A stretch of DNA of 64,000 nt from Antedon mediterranea. Its lineage: Eukaryota > Animalia > Echinodermata. Where the stretch lies: the NCBI RefSeq assembly GCF_964355755.1, contig NC_092674.1:23808001-23872000 (forward strand), given 5' to 3'. The position numbers and the translations under genes were made by a program. This document shows, piece after piece, positions 37,701 through 50,868 of this stretch. Below the pieces are notes generated by a model. The model did not search any database. It was not told the DNA's origin and saw only the letters and a program-made list of their open reading frames with translations. Each line of letters starts with the position of its first letter. Position 1 is the first letter of the stretch.

Positions 37701-40700
37701 AAAAATATGTGTCTCTCCATCCACCCCAACCCCCTCCCCTCTCTCGATCTCTTTTTATAGATTATTAATTGCTAAATATATGCAAAACGATGGGTCATAG
37801 CTCAAAATGACATTTCCAATTGAATTCTGACAAAATATTTTGTTAGAGCAAATATAAATGTGTATATTCTAAACAATTTGACACCAAACTGAACGTTTTA
37901 GGACAAATAGTTACCGAGATATTGACATATTCAAACATTAGAGGTCAAGGGTCAAAAAAGCTTAATTTATGGTAGTTTTTTGAAAAAAGTTTCTATTAGA
38001 CTAAATATTAGATTTATTTTCTTAACATTTTGAGCCCATTCTCAAATCTCTGAGATTGCGTGTTATTGAGATATTAGGCAATCAAGGTCAAAGGTCAAAC
38101 TGAAAAATAAAGCCTTTGCGGCCTATTTTGTACAATTTTTATCATTATAGCGAATATAAATATATATCTTCCAAGCATTTTGAAAAAAAAATAAATGTAA
38201 AATGTCCATGCGTTGTCAAGATATGGCGATTTTTAGTTATATAATAGAAAAATATAAAAATTGAGGTCAGAGGTCACAGAGGTCAAATCAGATTTCCAGT
38301 AACTTTGTTTTGGCACCTCCACACTATACTCTACCAAACTGCTATACTGAAAAATTTGTATCCAGTCTGGTAACATCCCACCCCTTTTTCTCCCCTTAGG
38401 GACTGGACTATTAGATTGCTTGATTTTGAGGTATATCGGAATTATCGACACGGATAGATTATTGACACCGAGGTATGACAGTTTATTATACTAGCACGTT
38501 TTCTCTCAGTTGTAAACGCGGATGATTGAGATCAGCTTCTCCGTGTGTGTGTGTGTGTGTGTGTGTGTGAACCAGTGGCGTAACGCATATTCATGAGGCC
38601 CCTGGTTGAGGAAATCTAAGTGGCCATCCAAAGCTGGAGACCTCGGATGTTTTTAGCCTTTTCGACACATTTTATATTTCAAAAGCTTTGGGCCGGCCCC
38701 CTGGGTTTAGCCAGTAAGCGCTCATAGCCATTACGCCAGTGGTGTGAACAAAGCCAAACTAAAGTAGGCCTACAAACAGGAAGAGAATATAAGCCTGCTG
38801 TTGGAAGAATAATAGATCGCCAGCGTCCAGATTACCTCTTGGTGTTGTTGGCCGTGGAGCTTCAACTACATCCCATCCAGCTTTCTTAAAGACATCAATC
38901 TGGTAGCACGGTCTGTCTGGATTAACTAAAACCAATCCAGGTTTCAGTAAACACAACGACGCGTCTATATGCATCGGGGCATCATCTTGACATTGTACAA
39001 TATGTATTGTATACTCGTCACCTATTTGACGTTGAAGCCAGTCAATCCCCATTCTGTTTGTTGTCTGTAAGAAAATAAATATTTATGGCCTAACGAAGAT
39101 TATTCAATTCAATTAATTCCTGATTTTACATGAACAATAAAACATACATACAATACACATGCTAGACACGGGGAACTCCCAACAGCCAACTCATTAACTT
39201 TCGATAACTTTCGATACAGCCAGCAGTGACGCACGTTTAAATAATTAAAAATAAATAAAATAGGTTGGTGCAAACCAAACACTCATTACTTCAAATTCAA
39301 TTCACAAACAACTGTCCCCGCATGCGCAGAAAGACCGAATACATTGGTTATAGTATTTTGTTCCAAAATCCAAATGGTTTTCATGATGTAAACTGTGGAT
39401 TCCAAATTTGGTGTTAGCGTAAGAATTAACTCACGTGACTCAGTTGGCAGAATATATCTCTTCCTGCACGTTGGAAATCAGCTGCATCAAAACAAGGTTC
39501 AAACTCTGTTGTTACGTAACGTCCTTTCGCAGGGAGCTCTAACCGTTTTCCAGATTTAATATAGTCCTAAGAAAACGAATAAAATATAATTACTTTGACT
39601 CACAATGTCTTGAAATAAAAAATACACAAAGACGGAAAGAAATGAATGTCTGGCCTACTAACCATGTCGTACAGCTCATCGCTCATCAGTGGTTTAGGCG
39701 CCGTTGTCCATTTAGCACCATCTCTAAAATATTCTTTCATCAGACTACGGTACGCCCGATATTCAAAGAAGCGGCACCTCCACGCCATTGGACTCTCAAT
39801 TATCTCGTCACCAATAACTAGCAACAGATCACGTGGCATCGCTGCGTATAATCCTACAGGTTATATTTAATAATAATTATTCAAAAAAAACAAAAAAAAA
39901 ACAAATTTGTAGGCTATCGCCTTTCAATAATTGATGTCAGTTTACTCTGACACTATGCAGCTATTGAGTATAATCGTCAGAATGACTTTTCGACTCAGCT
40001 GTGTAATCGAGTCGATTAATTTCTGTTTGGCGGATTCATTCTGATACAAAGGACAGTTCCAAAAACTGAAATAACGTAGGCATATAATAATTTAAAACAA
40101 TAGTATCGAACATTTATAAAGCACTATTTACCGGAGTCTCCCAGCGCAACAAAAGAATACATATTGTAATGGGTTAGTTTTCGCGAGAGGTTTAATATAA
40201 AAAGGGGATGGAGTGTAACGAATGGAACAAGGAAGCTGGTTACAGTCAGCAGATCTTATGTACATGAGCAAAGAAGCTCTTGGGTTGTTTCTAGATGGTG
40301 TCAAAGAACTTATAACACAAGAATCTCCTGTTCTTCAATTTGCATTCAAAACACAGTATCGGAAGTACAGGGTTAAAAGGTCAAACTGGGCGACGCCATT
40401 TCACAGCATGGAGCAGCGCCCCCTCCAAACTAGGAAGTCAATTACTCTACCCCCCTAGAGTATTATCAGAACCCCTCTATGATTTTGACTTTCTAATTTG
40501 ATGCGGGCGCCCTACTCCTCAGTCAATTACTCTATCCCCCCCTAGAGCATTAGCAGATCCCCTCTATGATTTTGACTTTCTAATTTGATGCGGGCGCCCT
40601 ACTCCATGGCTCACAATGGCGCCACCCATAGCTCTATTCTATCCCACAATGCCTTTCGAAATTGTTACGCGCTTCGGACGAACAGGAGATTCTTGTGTTA

Positions 40701-43700
40701 TAAGTTCTTTGATGGTGTTAAATGTTTAAATATCTCGTCTAGGCAAACTTATACATACCCGTAGATGTAAAATCCGGCGTTGAGAACGATTTAGCGTGGT
40801 CAATTATATCTGGTCGCCGAACAGTTATTCCTTCGTGTTCTAAAATTCGGCAAAACTCAGCAATCTCCGATCTCGCTTTTCGCATGTGCTCGGTGGGAAA
40901 GAACTTTCCTGCATTTTCCTTAAAATAGTCCCAGCTCGTTTCTGGAATAACAGCCTAAAAACATGATATAAAGCTCCACCATCAAACTTTATGTGACCAA
41001 ATGTGATGTGCCCATATATGGACATGATGATGTCAAACTAGTGTAGACAGAGCTTTGCATTGTTAGAAACTGTGAATCACAATTCTTTAAGATTCCGAAT
41101 TGTGAATAAAATATATTTTTTTCATCAGTTACTTATTAGGGCATATAGTCTGCTGATATTGCTAACATTTATAACATTGTTAGATATTACAAGTGAACCA
41201 CCATTCTTTTAGAAGATTCGGAATTGTGAATAAAATATAATTTTCTCTTCAGTTACCAATTAGGGCATATAGTCTGCTGGTATTGCTAACATTTATAACA
41301 TTGTTAGATATTACAAGTGAACCACCATTCTGTTAGAAGATTCGGAATTGTGAATAAAATATAATTTTTTCTTCAGTTACCAATTAGGGCATATAGTCTG
41401 CTGGTATTGCTAACATTTATAACATTGTTAGATATTACAAGTGAACCACCATTCTTTTAGAAGGTTCCGAATTGTATATAATTTTAAAACTTGCTCTGTG
41501 CACATCTATATTATTATTACCGACACATTTCTTTTGACAATACCTGTAAAACACATTACACCTTTGACAGATTATTTCTAAATACAGAAAAACCTTATGC
41601 TACTTCAATCAAAACATAATTAAAAATTAATTTTCTAAATAGGCCTATACAATTAGCCATGAATTATTTATAAGACCAATTATCTATCCGGCACAATTAT
41701 TAAAGCCATTCGAGCTCTGTTTTTTTTTTATTATTGCTGCTGTCTTAAGCACTGTCTACACTATCAAACTAGTTTGATAAATAAGGTGTGACGTGCCCAA
41801 ATATGGTAGTGACATGCCCAAATACGGCAGTGATATAACATCATTATGGTCAATAAATGGACACATCACATTTTTTGTCACATTTTTTTATAGTGTAGAC
41901 AGAGCTTTAGAAAAAAGAAACTGCAAGACCTGTAGGCCTAGCAAAATTCCGTCAAATAATTATTAGTAATATTCTTACTCCCGCAACAGTAATTTCCTAA
42001 ATTGACTACCTTACTACTAGACCGGGCGCCCGGAAGATTTATTCATGTGAAAAGATACAAAAGGTTTGATGATGTAGTTAGGTGCGTATTAGGGCGAGAT
42101 GCAATATTCGACATTGCTGCCGGGTCACAGCCTGTACATAGGGCCTGTGGGGATCATAACATAGGGGGGTAAAAATGCATTTATTTATGTGAAGCGATAC
42201 AAGGAGAAACTTTTTTGGATATCATTCGCAGTGGGCTACTAATGATTACATCACCAATGACAGCAACTTTATCCTGTACGGGGCGCCAAACAGCAACATT
42301 TTAGGGCCACGCCCAAATGGGTTTATTCATGTGAAGCGATACAAGGTTGAATCTTTTTTTAATGGCAGCAGTATATATTGGGGATGACAAAAACACCAAT
42401 GACAGCAACTTTATCCTGTACATAAGCTCAGACAGCAGCCCTAAAGGTCCGCAGTTTCTCCCTATTCGGCTATATACTCGGCGCGTATGTCGTCTATTGG
42501 CGTTCATCTGAGTTAGAAATACGTGATACGGACTCGGACTGACAATAAATACACAGTAGAATGCTAAAACAATAAATAAAGAGAGCAGTTGTTTCCTGTA
42601 CCAAATCATCAAACATCAAACTCTTAGGAACTCGCCCAAAATGGGTTTATCCATGAAGTGTGTAATCATTTTTGAAAAAAATTGTGTTTTTTTTTTACTT
42701 TCCGGTACACAGCAGCTCAAATACCCGAGGCTCCATTCGTGATAAAAAATGTTGATAATACAAACACATTCACGATAACGAGTGACTTTTATTTTATAAT
42801 TGAAATATATCTTTATTTTGGAATAATAAATAACACCAACAAAAACACTTAAAATAACCAACAGCAGATTTGTATTTTAGGGTATCATTTTGAACAATCA
42901 ATATTATATCAAAATCATTATTTCACAACACAAAATAATATAATTTAAGAATATTTTTCAGATAAACTAATTAATAATTACACTCATAATGATCGACACC
43001 GGTACCGATTATTGTGCTTTATTATTATAACAACTCGATTTAAATATTGTTTTAATTACACACTAGACACTAGTGATATATCTATATGAAAAAAGGCAAT
43101 GAAATCTAAATTTGCAACATTTTTTACATAACATAACATAATAGTAAAGTAAATAATAGTTCGAATTCAATATAATCACTTAGAGAATTGGTAAGGTATA
43201 GATTAGACTATCGATTGCACACTATTACTGTATTTTTAATTCAATTTAAATTTTAAAAAAAGTAACAGTTTTCATGTGAATTAGACTGATAAAAACCAAC
43301 AAATAACTTAATCTGCCAACATTTTAAACATCGTTACTTGTCCATAATGGATCGACTACTGTATCGATTACTGCACATTGTTTTACTTTAACTGAAACAA
43401 AGTCAAATTTTTAATTGTTACTGTACTAATATTAGACAGTGATATATGATAAAAGGCAACATTAATTAATATTAATAATACTGAACCAAATTAAATATCG
43501 TTACTTATCCACAATGAATCGACTACTGTATTGGTTATTGCACATTATTTACTAACTAACATAAGAAAGTGATATCTAATAAAACGCAACAAACTGAATC
43601 GAATTAAATATCGTTACTTATCCATAATGGATCGACTACTGTATTGATTACTGCACATTATTTTACTATAACTGCCCAAGTCAAATTTAAAATTGTTACT

Positions 43701-46700
43701 GTACTAACATTAGACAGTGATATCTGATAAAAAGCAACATACTCAGGACCAAATTAAATATCGTTACTTATCCATAATGGATCGACTACTGTATCGATTA
43801 TTGCACATTATTTAACTATAACTTTTTAACTACTAATCTTTTCAATACACAATTTGTAAACAACTTTTGCATATAGATAATGATCAGCATTGTGATTTGG
43901 ATACAATAGATTGTCTTACCAACTTTGAATGTGAACCCTTTGTGATGCCTGAGGTATTATGCCCTCTCACAGTTAAATGTATCCAAATCACCAGGACCTG
44001 ATTGTTTGCTTCCAATATTCTTAAAGTCATGTAAGGCACAATTGGCTAATGTTTTATGTACATTCTTTAATTTAACTGTACAAAAAAGTATTTTACCAAA
44101 ACAATGGAAGGATGCAAATGTTGTACCTATTTTCAAAAGAAATGGAAAACCCAAAGACGAAATGAAAAGCTATCGTCCAGTGTCTTTAACTCCCATAATT
44201 TGTAAGATTATTGAGAAATTGCTTTGCTATCGTTTAAGGGAATATCTAGAATATAATAATATCCTTTCAGAAAATCAGTTTGGGTTTAGACAAATGTATA
44301 GTACTGAACTTTTACTTTCAAAGGTTTTTCATTCATGGGCACAGAGCGTAGAACTTAAAGGCTGTAAAAATATTGATATTATTTTTCTTGATTTTTCGTC
44401 TGCATTTGATAAGGTGTCTCATAAAAGATTAATTAAGAAACTTAATAACTGTGGCATTGGTGGGAACACTAATGCATGGATTACAGATTTTCTTTCAAAT
44501 AGACGCCAAAGGGTTATTTACAGAGGAGAAAAGTCAGAGTGGGTAAATGTTACTTCAGGGGTACCACAAGGGTCAGTTTTGGGCCCTCTTTTATTTTTGA
44601 TTTACATAAGTGATATTGTAAATAATATTTCTTCACTTTTCTTTTTTCACTTCACTGCGATATTTTCCTGTTTGCGTACGATGTTGATGGTTTCTTGACC
44701 ATATTTTTCTCTTAAATCTTGAAAGAATTTCATTTAGCTTCGATTTTGTATAGATGACAAATTTCGTTTTTGTAAAAGCACAAGTTAACGGAGTACTTAC
44801 TCGAACGTTTCGATCTCTATCAGAGATCCTTCTCAACTGACTGCGGAGTGTTAATGCAGCTTGGTCATTCTTGACGTCAATCTGTTGATGACGTCGTACG
44901 CCTCCGGTTGTAGGTTGGAGGTACGCCTACGTTACTTATCCACAATGGATCGACTACTGTATTGATTATTGCACATTATTTTTCTCTAACTGAACCCAGG
45001 TCGAATATTTTACATGCAGTGTAACTACCGACACACTGTAAAAGCACAATTGAGCAAAGACATCGAGGTTACTGGCTGTATGCATTAAATAACTGAATAT
45101 TGTACATTCAACATATTCCATTGTTACTAGCTAAAAAGAATACACGATATAATAAAACCAATAGGGGCTATTGTATTTCTTTCTTTTCATGATTTGTGAC
45201 AGCGTCATTTATAAATTTGATTATATCACACTGTAATGATACTGGATTCTGCTTGCCAACTATCTATGGATCAAATAGTTCAGTATTTACATTTGATATA
45301 TTATACAATATTTACTTCAAAACTGTCAAATGTTTTATGTAAACGATTAAAAACTATTAAATCAGCCGTAATGCATAATCTTTTTAGTTTATCTATTCGT
45401 CATCATCACAGTCACTTTCACTGTCATCACTCTAAGGTTGGTCATCATCGATTTCAGCTTCAAAATCTATTATTTCAAGTTCTTCATCATCAGTTTGTTC
45501 CAATATTCCTGCATCAGTATCGTCAAGAACTTTGTTCCGAGTGTGGATCACTAGTCAACGGATCTGGTAGAGCATTTCCATCAAACCATTTCGGTACATA
45601 CCTTCCATCACCATTATCAACCCATCCATAGTTTAATGGGCGTAGGTTTTGTGTTGGCTGAGGAGCATGAGCGTGTCTCCACATAAGATACATAATTTGC
45701 CCTCAACAGATGCTGAGTGATTGTGATTTCACATGGTGGCAATGACGAACAGTTGATCTTCTTGACTTTCTTCTTTCCAGTTGTCATTTTGCGAAACGAT
45801 TGGTACCTGGCCTCATTAATACTGTTCATGCTTTTAAACCCATTATATCTTGCATACATAGGCAGTGACTGCGGGTTTGTCCATCCTGTCACCACAAAGC
45901 GATCGCAATGACTTGCCTTTGCGGTAAAATCCAGTATCATTACAGTGTGATTATAATCAAATTTATAAATTACGCTGTCACAAATCATGAAAAAAGAAAT
46001 CCAATAGCCCCTATTGGTTTTATTATATCGTGTATTCTGTTCAGCTAGTAATGGAATATGAGGAGTGTACAATATTTAGTTATTTAATGCACTAGAGGGT
46101 GAGCTCGCTTCGCTCGCTCCCCCTCTAGGAAGTGTAGACGATGGTTCTCGGAATGATAATGTTCTTCTTATACATTTTCTGTCGGTTACCATTATTGAAA
46201 ATGCTTGACATTCGTAAAACTAAACTACTTTGTTTCACAGTGTTTTAGATGATTAATAACATTTTAAAGTATAGTTTTTATTGTTTGGTAGGGCCCTTTG
46301 GGGAGGCGGAGGTCATTTGAGGGAGGTGCTTATTCGAGGGATATATGTTAATTTTTTTAGTTCTAATAATATGGTAACATTTATAATCAAATGAAATCCT
46401 CTCATAGATATGAAAAGTGGTAAAAAAGAATAACAAATGCTTGGTAAATTGCATATAACAGTGCGGTGAATTCTACTACAAATAGTATAATTGTGTTATT
46501 ATAAATATGTGGATGGACGTTTATTAGATAGTTGGGTTGTGGGGGGGGGGGGGGGTGTTATTATTCAAAGTGATGTTTTATTGGAGAGGCGTTTATTCAA
46601 ATGAATACCATCCTAATAATTATTAATACATTATTTAATTTAATCATCTTTTGAAACTAACTGCCGTGACAGAGTGGGCCCAAGAAAGAAGACATTACGG

Positions 46701-49700
46701 CTTGCAAGATGGGCAGACATCTCGGTCCTAACGGGACACAGGAAGATAGCCTACAGTTATTCCTGCAAGCTTACTCAATAAAACTCAGCTATCGGGATTT
46801 CACTCGAAAAATGTTTTATCAAATCTACCTATGTAATTTTATAATACTATTCCCCACAATATATTCTGATTCTTTATGGCGTATATTTAATTTGATCTTT
46901 ATTAATTTGCAGTATAATTCCTATTATTTAACTACTGTACCTTCACACACGTGTGGTATGTTTTAAAATAAACAAAAAACTGAAATGGCTATATGATTAA
47001 TGGCCAATTTTTTTTTCGTCTTCCAAAGGGACACTGTATTGATTGATGGAAAGTGCCTGTTTCCAGTCACCTTTAGGGTCAAATCTATTATTTTAACTGC
47101 TCCCTGGTGTATAAAAGAGAGAAAATATTTGAAACTAAGGTGAACTTATCTTAAACCCAGAAATTACTTTGACCGGGAAGAATTGAAATTGAGAGGAAAA
47201 TCCAATGTTGAAATCATAAATGTTGTTAAAAAACTCTTTATAATATCTTCCTAAGATATAAATATGGAACAATAGCGTCGGCGTGCACACTAATGTTATC
47301 AAATCTACGTTTCGCGGTACATCTCGGATAGATAAGGTAGGTATCCAAGGCGGAGATTTGTACCGAAGTTTTTGCATTGTGCTCGCCTATGTCAGAATTA
47401 ACCATAATTTATATATAGATACAGCCAGTAAACTCGATGTCTTTGCTCATTGTGCTTTTACAGTATGTCGGTATGCAAAATATTCGACCTGGGTTCAGTT
47501 GGAGATAAGTAACGATATTTAATTTGGTCCAGTGTTATAAATGTAACAATTTTAAATTTGACTTGGGCAGTTGGGCAGTAAAATAATGTGCAATAATCGA
47601 TACAGTAGTCGATCCATTATGGATAAGTAACGATATTTAATTTGGTCCTGAGTATGTTGCAGATACCACTGTCTAATGTTAGTACAGTAACAATTTTAAA
47701 TTTGACTTGTGCAATTATAGTAAAATAATGTGCAGTAATCAATACAGTAGTCGATCCATTATGGTTAAGTAACGATATTTAATTCGATTCAGTTGTTGCG
47801 TTTTATCAGATATCACTTTCTTATGTTAGTTAGTAAAATAATGTGCAATAATCATGCAATACAGTAGTCGATCCATTGTGGATAAGTAACGATATTTAAT
47901 TTGGTTCAGTATTATTAATATTAATTAATGTTGCCTTTTATCAGATATCACTGTCTAATGTTAGTACAGTAGCAATTAAAAGTTTGACTTTGGTTCAGTT
48001 AAAGTAAAACAATGTACAGTAATCGATACAATAGTCGATCCATTATGGACAAGTAACGACGTTTAAAATGTTGGCAGATTAAGTTTTTTGTTGGTTTTTG
48101 TCAGTCTAATTCACATGAAAACTGTTACTTTTTTTTAGTAATAGTGTGCAATCAATAGTCTAATCTATACCTTACCAATTTTCTAAGTGATTATGTTGAA
48201 TTCGAACTATTATTTACTTTACTATTATGTTATGTTATGTAAAAAATGTTGCAAATTTAGATTTCATTGCCTTTTTTCATATAGACATATCACTAGTGTC
48301 TAGTGTGTAATTAAAACAATATTTAAATCGAGTTGTTTTAATAATAAAGCACAATAATCGGTACCGGTGTCAATCATTATGAGTGTAATTATTTAGTTTA
48401 TCTGAAAAATATTCTTAAATTATATTATTTTGATCGAAATAATGATTTTGATATAATATTGATTGTTCAAAATGTTACCCTAAAATACAAATCTGCTGTT
48501 GGTTATTTTTAAGTGTTTTTATTGGTGTTATTTATTATTCCAAAATAAAGATATATTTCAATTATAAAATAAAAGTCACTCGTTATCGTAAATGTGTTTG
48601 TATTATTCACATGAATAAACACGAATGGAGCAAAAAAGAGAGAAAGAGAGAAAAAACGATTCATACTTCATGGATAAACCCATTTTGGGCGAGTTCCTAA
48701 GAGTTTGATGTTTGATGATTTGGTACAGCAAACAACTGCTCTCTTTATTTATTGTTTTATCATTCTGCTGTGCATTTATTGTCAGTCGGAGTCCGTATCA
48801 CGTATTTCTAACTCAGCTGAACGCCATAAGACGACATACGCGCCGAGTATATAGCCGAATAGGGGGAATCTGCGGACCTTTTTAGGGCTGCTGTCTGAGC
48901 TTATGTACAGGATAAAGTTGCTGTCATTGGTGTTTTTGTCATCCCCAATATATACTGCTGCCATTAAAAAAAGATTCAACCTTGTATCGCTTCACATGAA
49001 TAAACCCATTTGGGCGTGGCCCTAAAATGTTGCTGTTTGGCGCCCCGTACAGGATAAAGTTGCTGTCATTGGTGATGTAATCATTAGTAGCCCACTGCGA
49101 ATGATATCCAAAAAAGTTTATCCTTGTATCGCTTCACATGAATAAATGCATTTTTACCCCCCTATGTTATGATCCCCACAGGCCCTATGTACAGGCTGTG
49201 ACCCGGCAGCAATATCGAATATTGCATCTCGCCCTAATACGCACCTAACTACATCATCAAACCTTTTGTATCTTTTCACATGAATAAATCTTCCGGGCGC
49301 CCGGTCTATACGTGCATATACGTCCTCAAGATGTGCACCCCGCATCTCCACATTCCACCCGCTCCTCCTCAAAATGTGCCCCCCCCCCTCCCCACTCCTA
49401 AAACGTGTACTAACCCCCGGAGAGATGTGCACCGCCTCCTTTTCAAACTCAAGATGTCCATTAACCTACTGTCCGCAGCTTAGGTGATTTTCTGATACCT
49501 TGTCTCATCTATCTTTCACGGTTCTGTTTCATCCAACTTACGACTATATACTATAACTTTAGACTATCACCACTTTAATCTTCAGATTTGTGGGTGCCGC
49601 GAAATTTCGGCTAAAATCCATTGTTTTGTTATATTCTTTTAATGCTTTTAAGTCATGGTTGGTGAATCTTATACATTTCCGTCGTGGTTGCGGGAGAAAC

Positions 49701-49901
49701 CAAACATCACCCGTGCATAAGACTAACCTGTATTTCGGGTGTTAGTTCAGGTACGGTAGCGTTCTCAACACGTCCAACAATCGCTTCTTCCAAACAGTCC
49801 CATTCGTTGTAAGAGCAGACAGGGCTTTTTGTCAGTTCATTACGTTGTTCATATGGTTGGCTGCTTTTTGATCTGGTCACAAGTACAGGGCCACAAATCA
49901 C
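34706..49901 (-). CDS. GATM: Glycine amidinotransferase-like (L-arginine:glycine amidinotransferase); first exon not located
   Basis: In-phase GT-AG exons 49728-49901 ([19 protein letters not shown]), 40759-40954 (EGITVRRPD), 39663-39853 ([22 protein letters not shown]), 39435-39566 (EPCFDAADF), 38836-39064 (PMHIDA), 34706-34932 ([13 protein letters not shown]). Catalytic Asp, His and Cys are present. Confidence 0.93.
35452..38410. mobile_element. Non-autonomous Academ-like DNA transposon in the last GATM intron
   Basis: TIR TAGTCCAGTCCCTAAGGGGA/TCCCCTTAGGGACTGGACTA, 3-bp TSD TTA, imperfect subterminal arms with tgacct repeats; contains decayed LINE-like sequence (~36500-37050) and a MITE. 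Confidence 0.7.
38573..38741. mobile_element. hAT-type MITE
   Basis: Termini CAGTGGCGTAA...TTACGCCAGTG; 8-bp TSD GTGTGAAC at the end of a (GT)n tract. Confidence 0.75.
40302..40711. mobile_element. P-superfamily-like MITE, second copy
   Basis: Same TIR as 24463-24957; 7-bp TSD ATGGTGT; two internal repeat units instead of three. Confidence 0.8.
41080..41474. repeat. Tandem repeat, ~122-bp unit, about 3 copies
   Basis: gaattgtgaataaaatata...caagtgaaccaccattct recurs at ~41097, 41221 and 41345. Confidence 0.85.
43830..44630 (+). pseudogene. LINE (CR1/Jockey-group) reverse transcriptase fragment
   Basis: [58 protein letters not shown]; truncated before the YADD motif. Confidence 0.85.
44640..44929 (-). 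mobile_element. Penelope-like element 5' fragment
   Basis: Minus strand encodes [28 protein letters not shown], resembling Penelope ORF N-termini, preceded by a hammerhead-like hairpin ttgagaag-gatctct-gat-agagatc-gaaacg (44806-44837). Confidence 0.5.
45400..45928 (-). pseudogene. C-terminal fragment of an Academ-type transposon protein (frameshifted)
   Basis: INEARYQSF...[18 protein letters not shown], then in another frame PLNYGWV...[10 protein letters not shown] and an acidic tail. Confidence 0.65.
46092..47419 (-). mobile_element. Non-autonomous Helitron
   Basis: 5' TCTATATATAAATT; 3' hairpin containing gagcgagcgaagcgagc, ending CTAG; inserted A|T with no TSD. The empty site (ctgta|tgcatt, 45076-45086) is preserved in the opposite Academ arm. 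Confidence 0.85.
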
Positions 49902-50868
49902 CTAAAATACAATATAAAAATTGCTGAACGTAATGTGTTTTGATTGTTTATTTGTATTTCATAACGGCGGCATTAAATTGTCCTATGAAACAATGAAACA
50001 ATTGCCGAGCGCGACATTTTTTTTTTTAAATTGTAAACTAACACGAGAATTCATGAAGGTTATTTGGTTGGTTATGACGACAATGCCACGTATAACATAT
50101 TGTTCTCTATTGTGAGAGAGGTAACAGAGGCGCCAAAATATTTTCGAAGGTTTTTTTCAATTTCTTTATTAACAAATGTTTAGAAATTCTGCTTTTTCGC
50201 TTTTAAAAGTGATTGAAGTACTGTACAGATGCTTTGTTCTTTTGAAATGGATTATTAATCCGAATAAAGGTATTTCCAAAGGTGAAGGGGAAGAATTGAG
50301 TATTTTGCGAGCGAGGCAAGCAATTTTTGGCTGGGGGACATTGACCGCCACGGGCCTTCGATGGTGTCCTGGAAGCCCTGCTTGGTGTTTCAATCGAATT
50401 AGGAGCACATTTCAACTATGCCGATTTCGCGCCCGCGTTTCTTTTTTTTATCATTAAAAAAAAGTCTGCAAACTAAACCAACTTTAGTGAATCTTCCGCT
50501 TTATATAACCATTTGCATGTCACGATTTTACGTTGATGCGTGTGTTTTAGAAGGGGAATTCCCATTTTTGTGTACAGAAATCCATTTTTATAGCATTGGT
50601 TGTATAGATTGTCTTACATAAATGGTAGCTTTAATGTTGGTATAGTAGGCTATTATAATGAGTTGTGAATGTAGTTTAATGTTCACCAGTTTGTGATTAA
50701 AAGTAATATTTTACGATTAAAAAAAAAAAAGAATTTACGGGACATATAACGACCGATCATTAACCTAATTTATTTGTTATTTGTTTATTATACTGTTTAT
50801 TTAATTATTTTCTCCTTAACAGATGCTGTGACGTGTGCTGTTCTGTAATATTGTTTTAATAATGTTAA

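Larger units (their letters stand above)
42018..49308. mobile_element. Academ-type fold-back element with ~2-kb inverted arms and nested insertions
   Basis: Termini TAGACCGGGCGCCCGG...CCGGGCGCCCGGTCTA, 3-bp TSD TAC. Left arm 42018-~43820 plus 44930-45248; right arm 45929-46091 plus 47420-49308. The spacer encodes an Academ-like C-terminal fragment. Confidence 0.8.

Noticed and set aside
43330-43815. CRISPR-like repeats with variable spacers (mirrored at 47500-48060)
   Set aside because: Subterminal repeats of the Academ arms; the spacers are related to each other, the context is eukaryotic and there are no cas genes.
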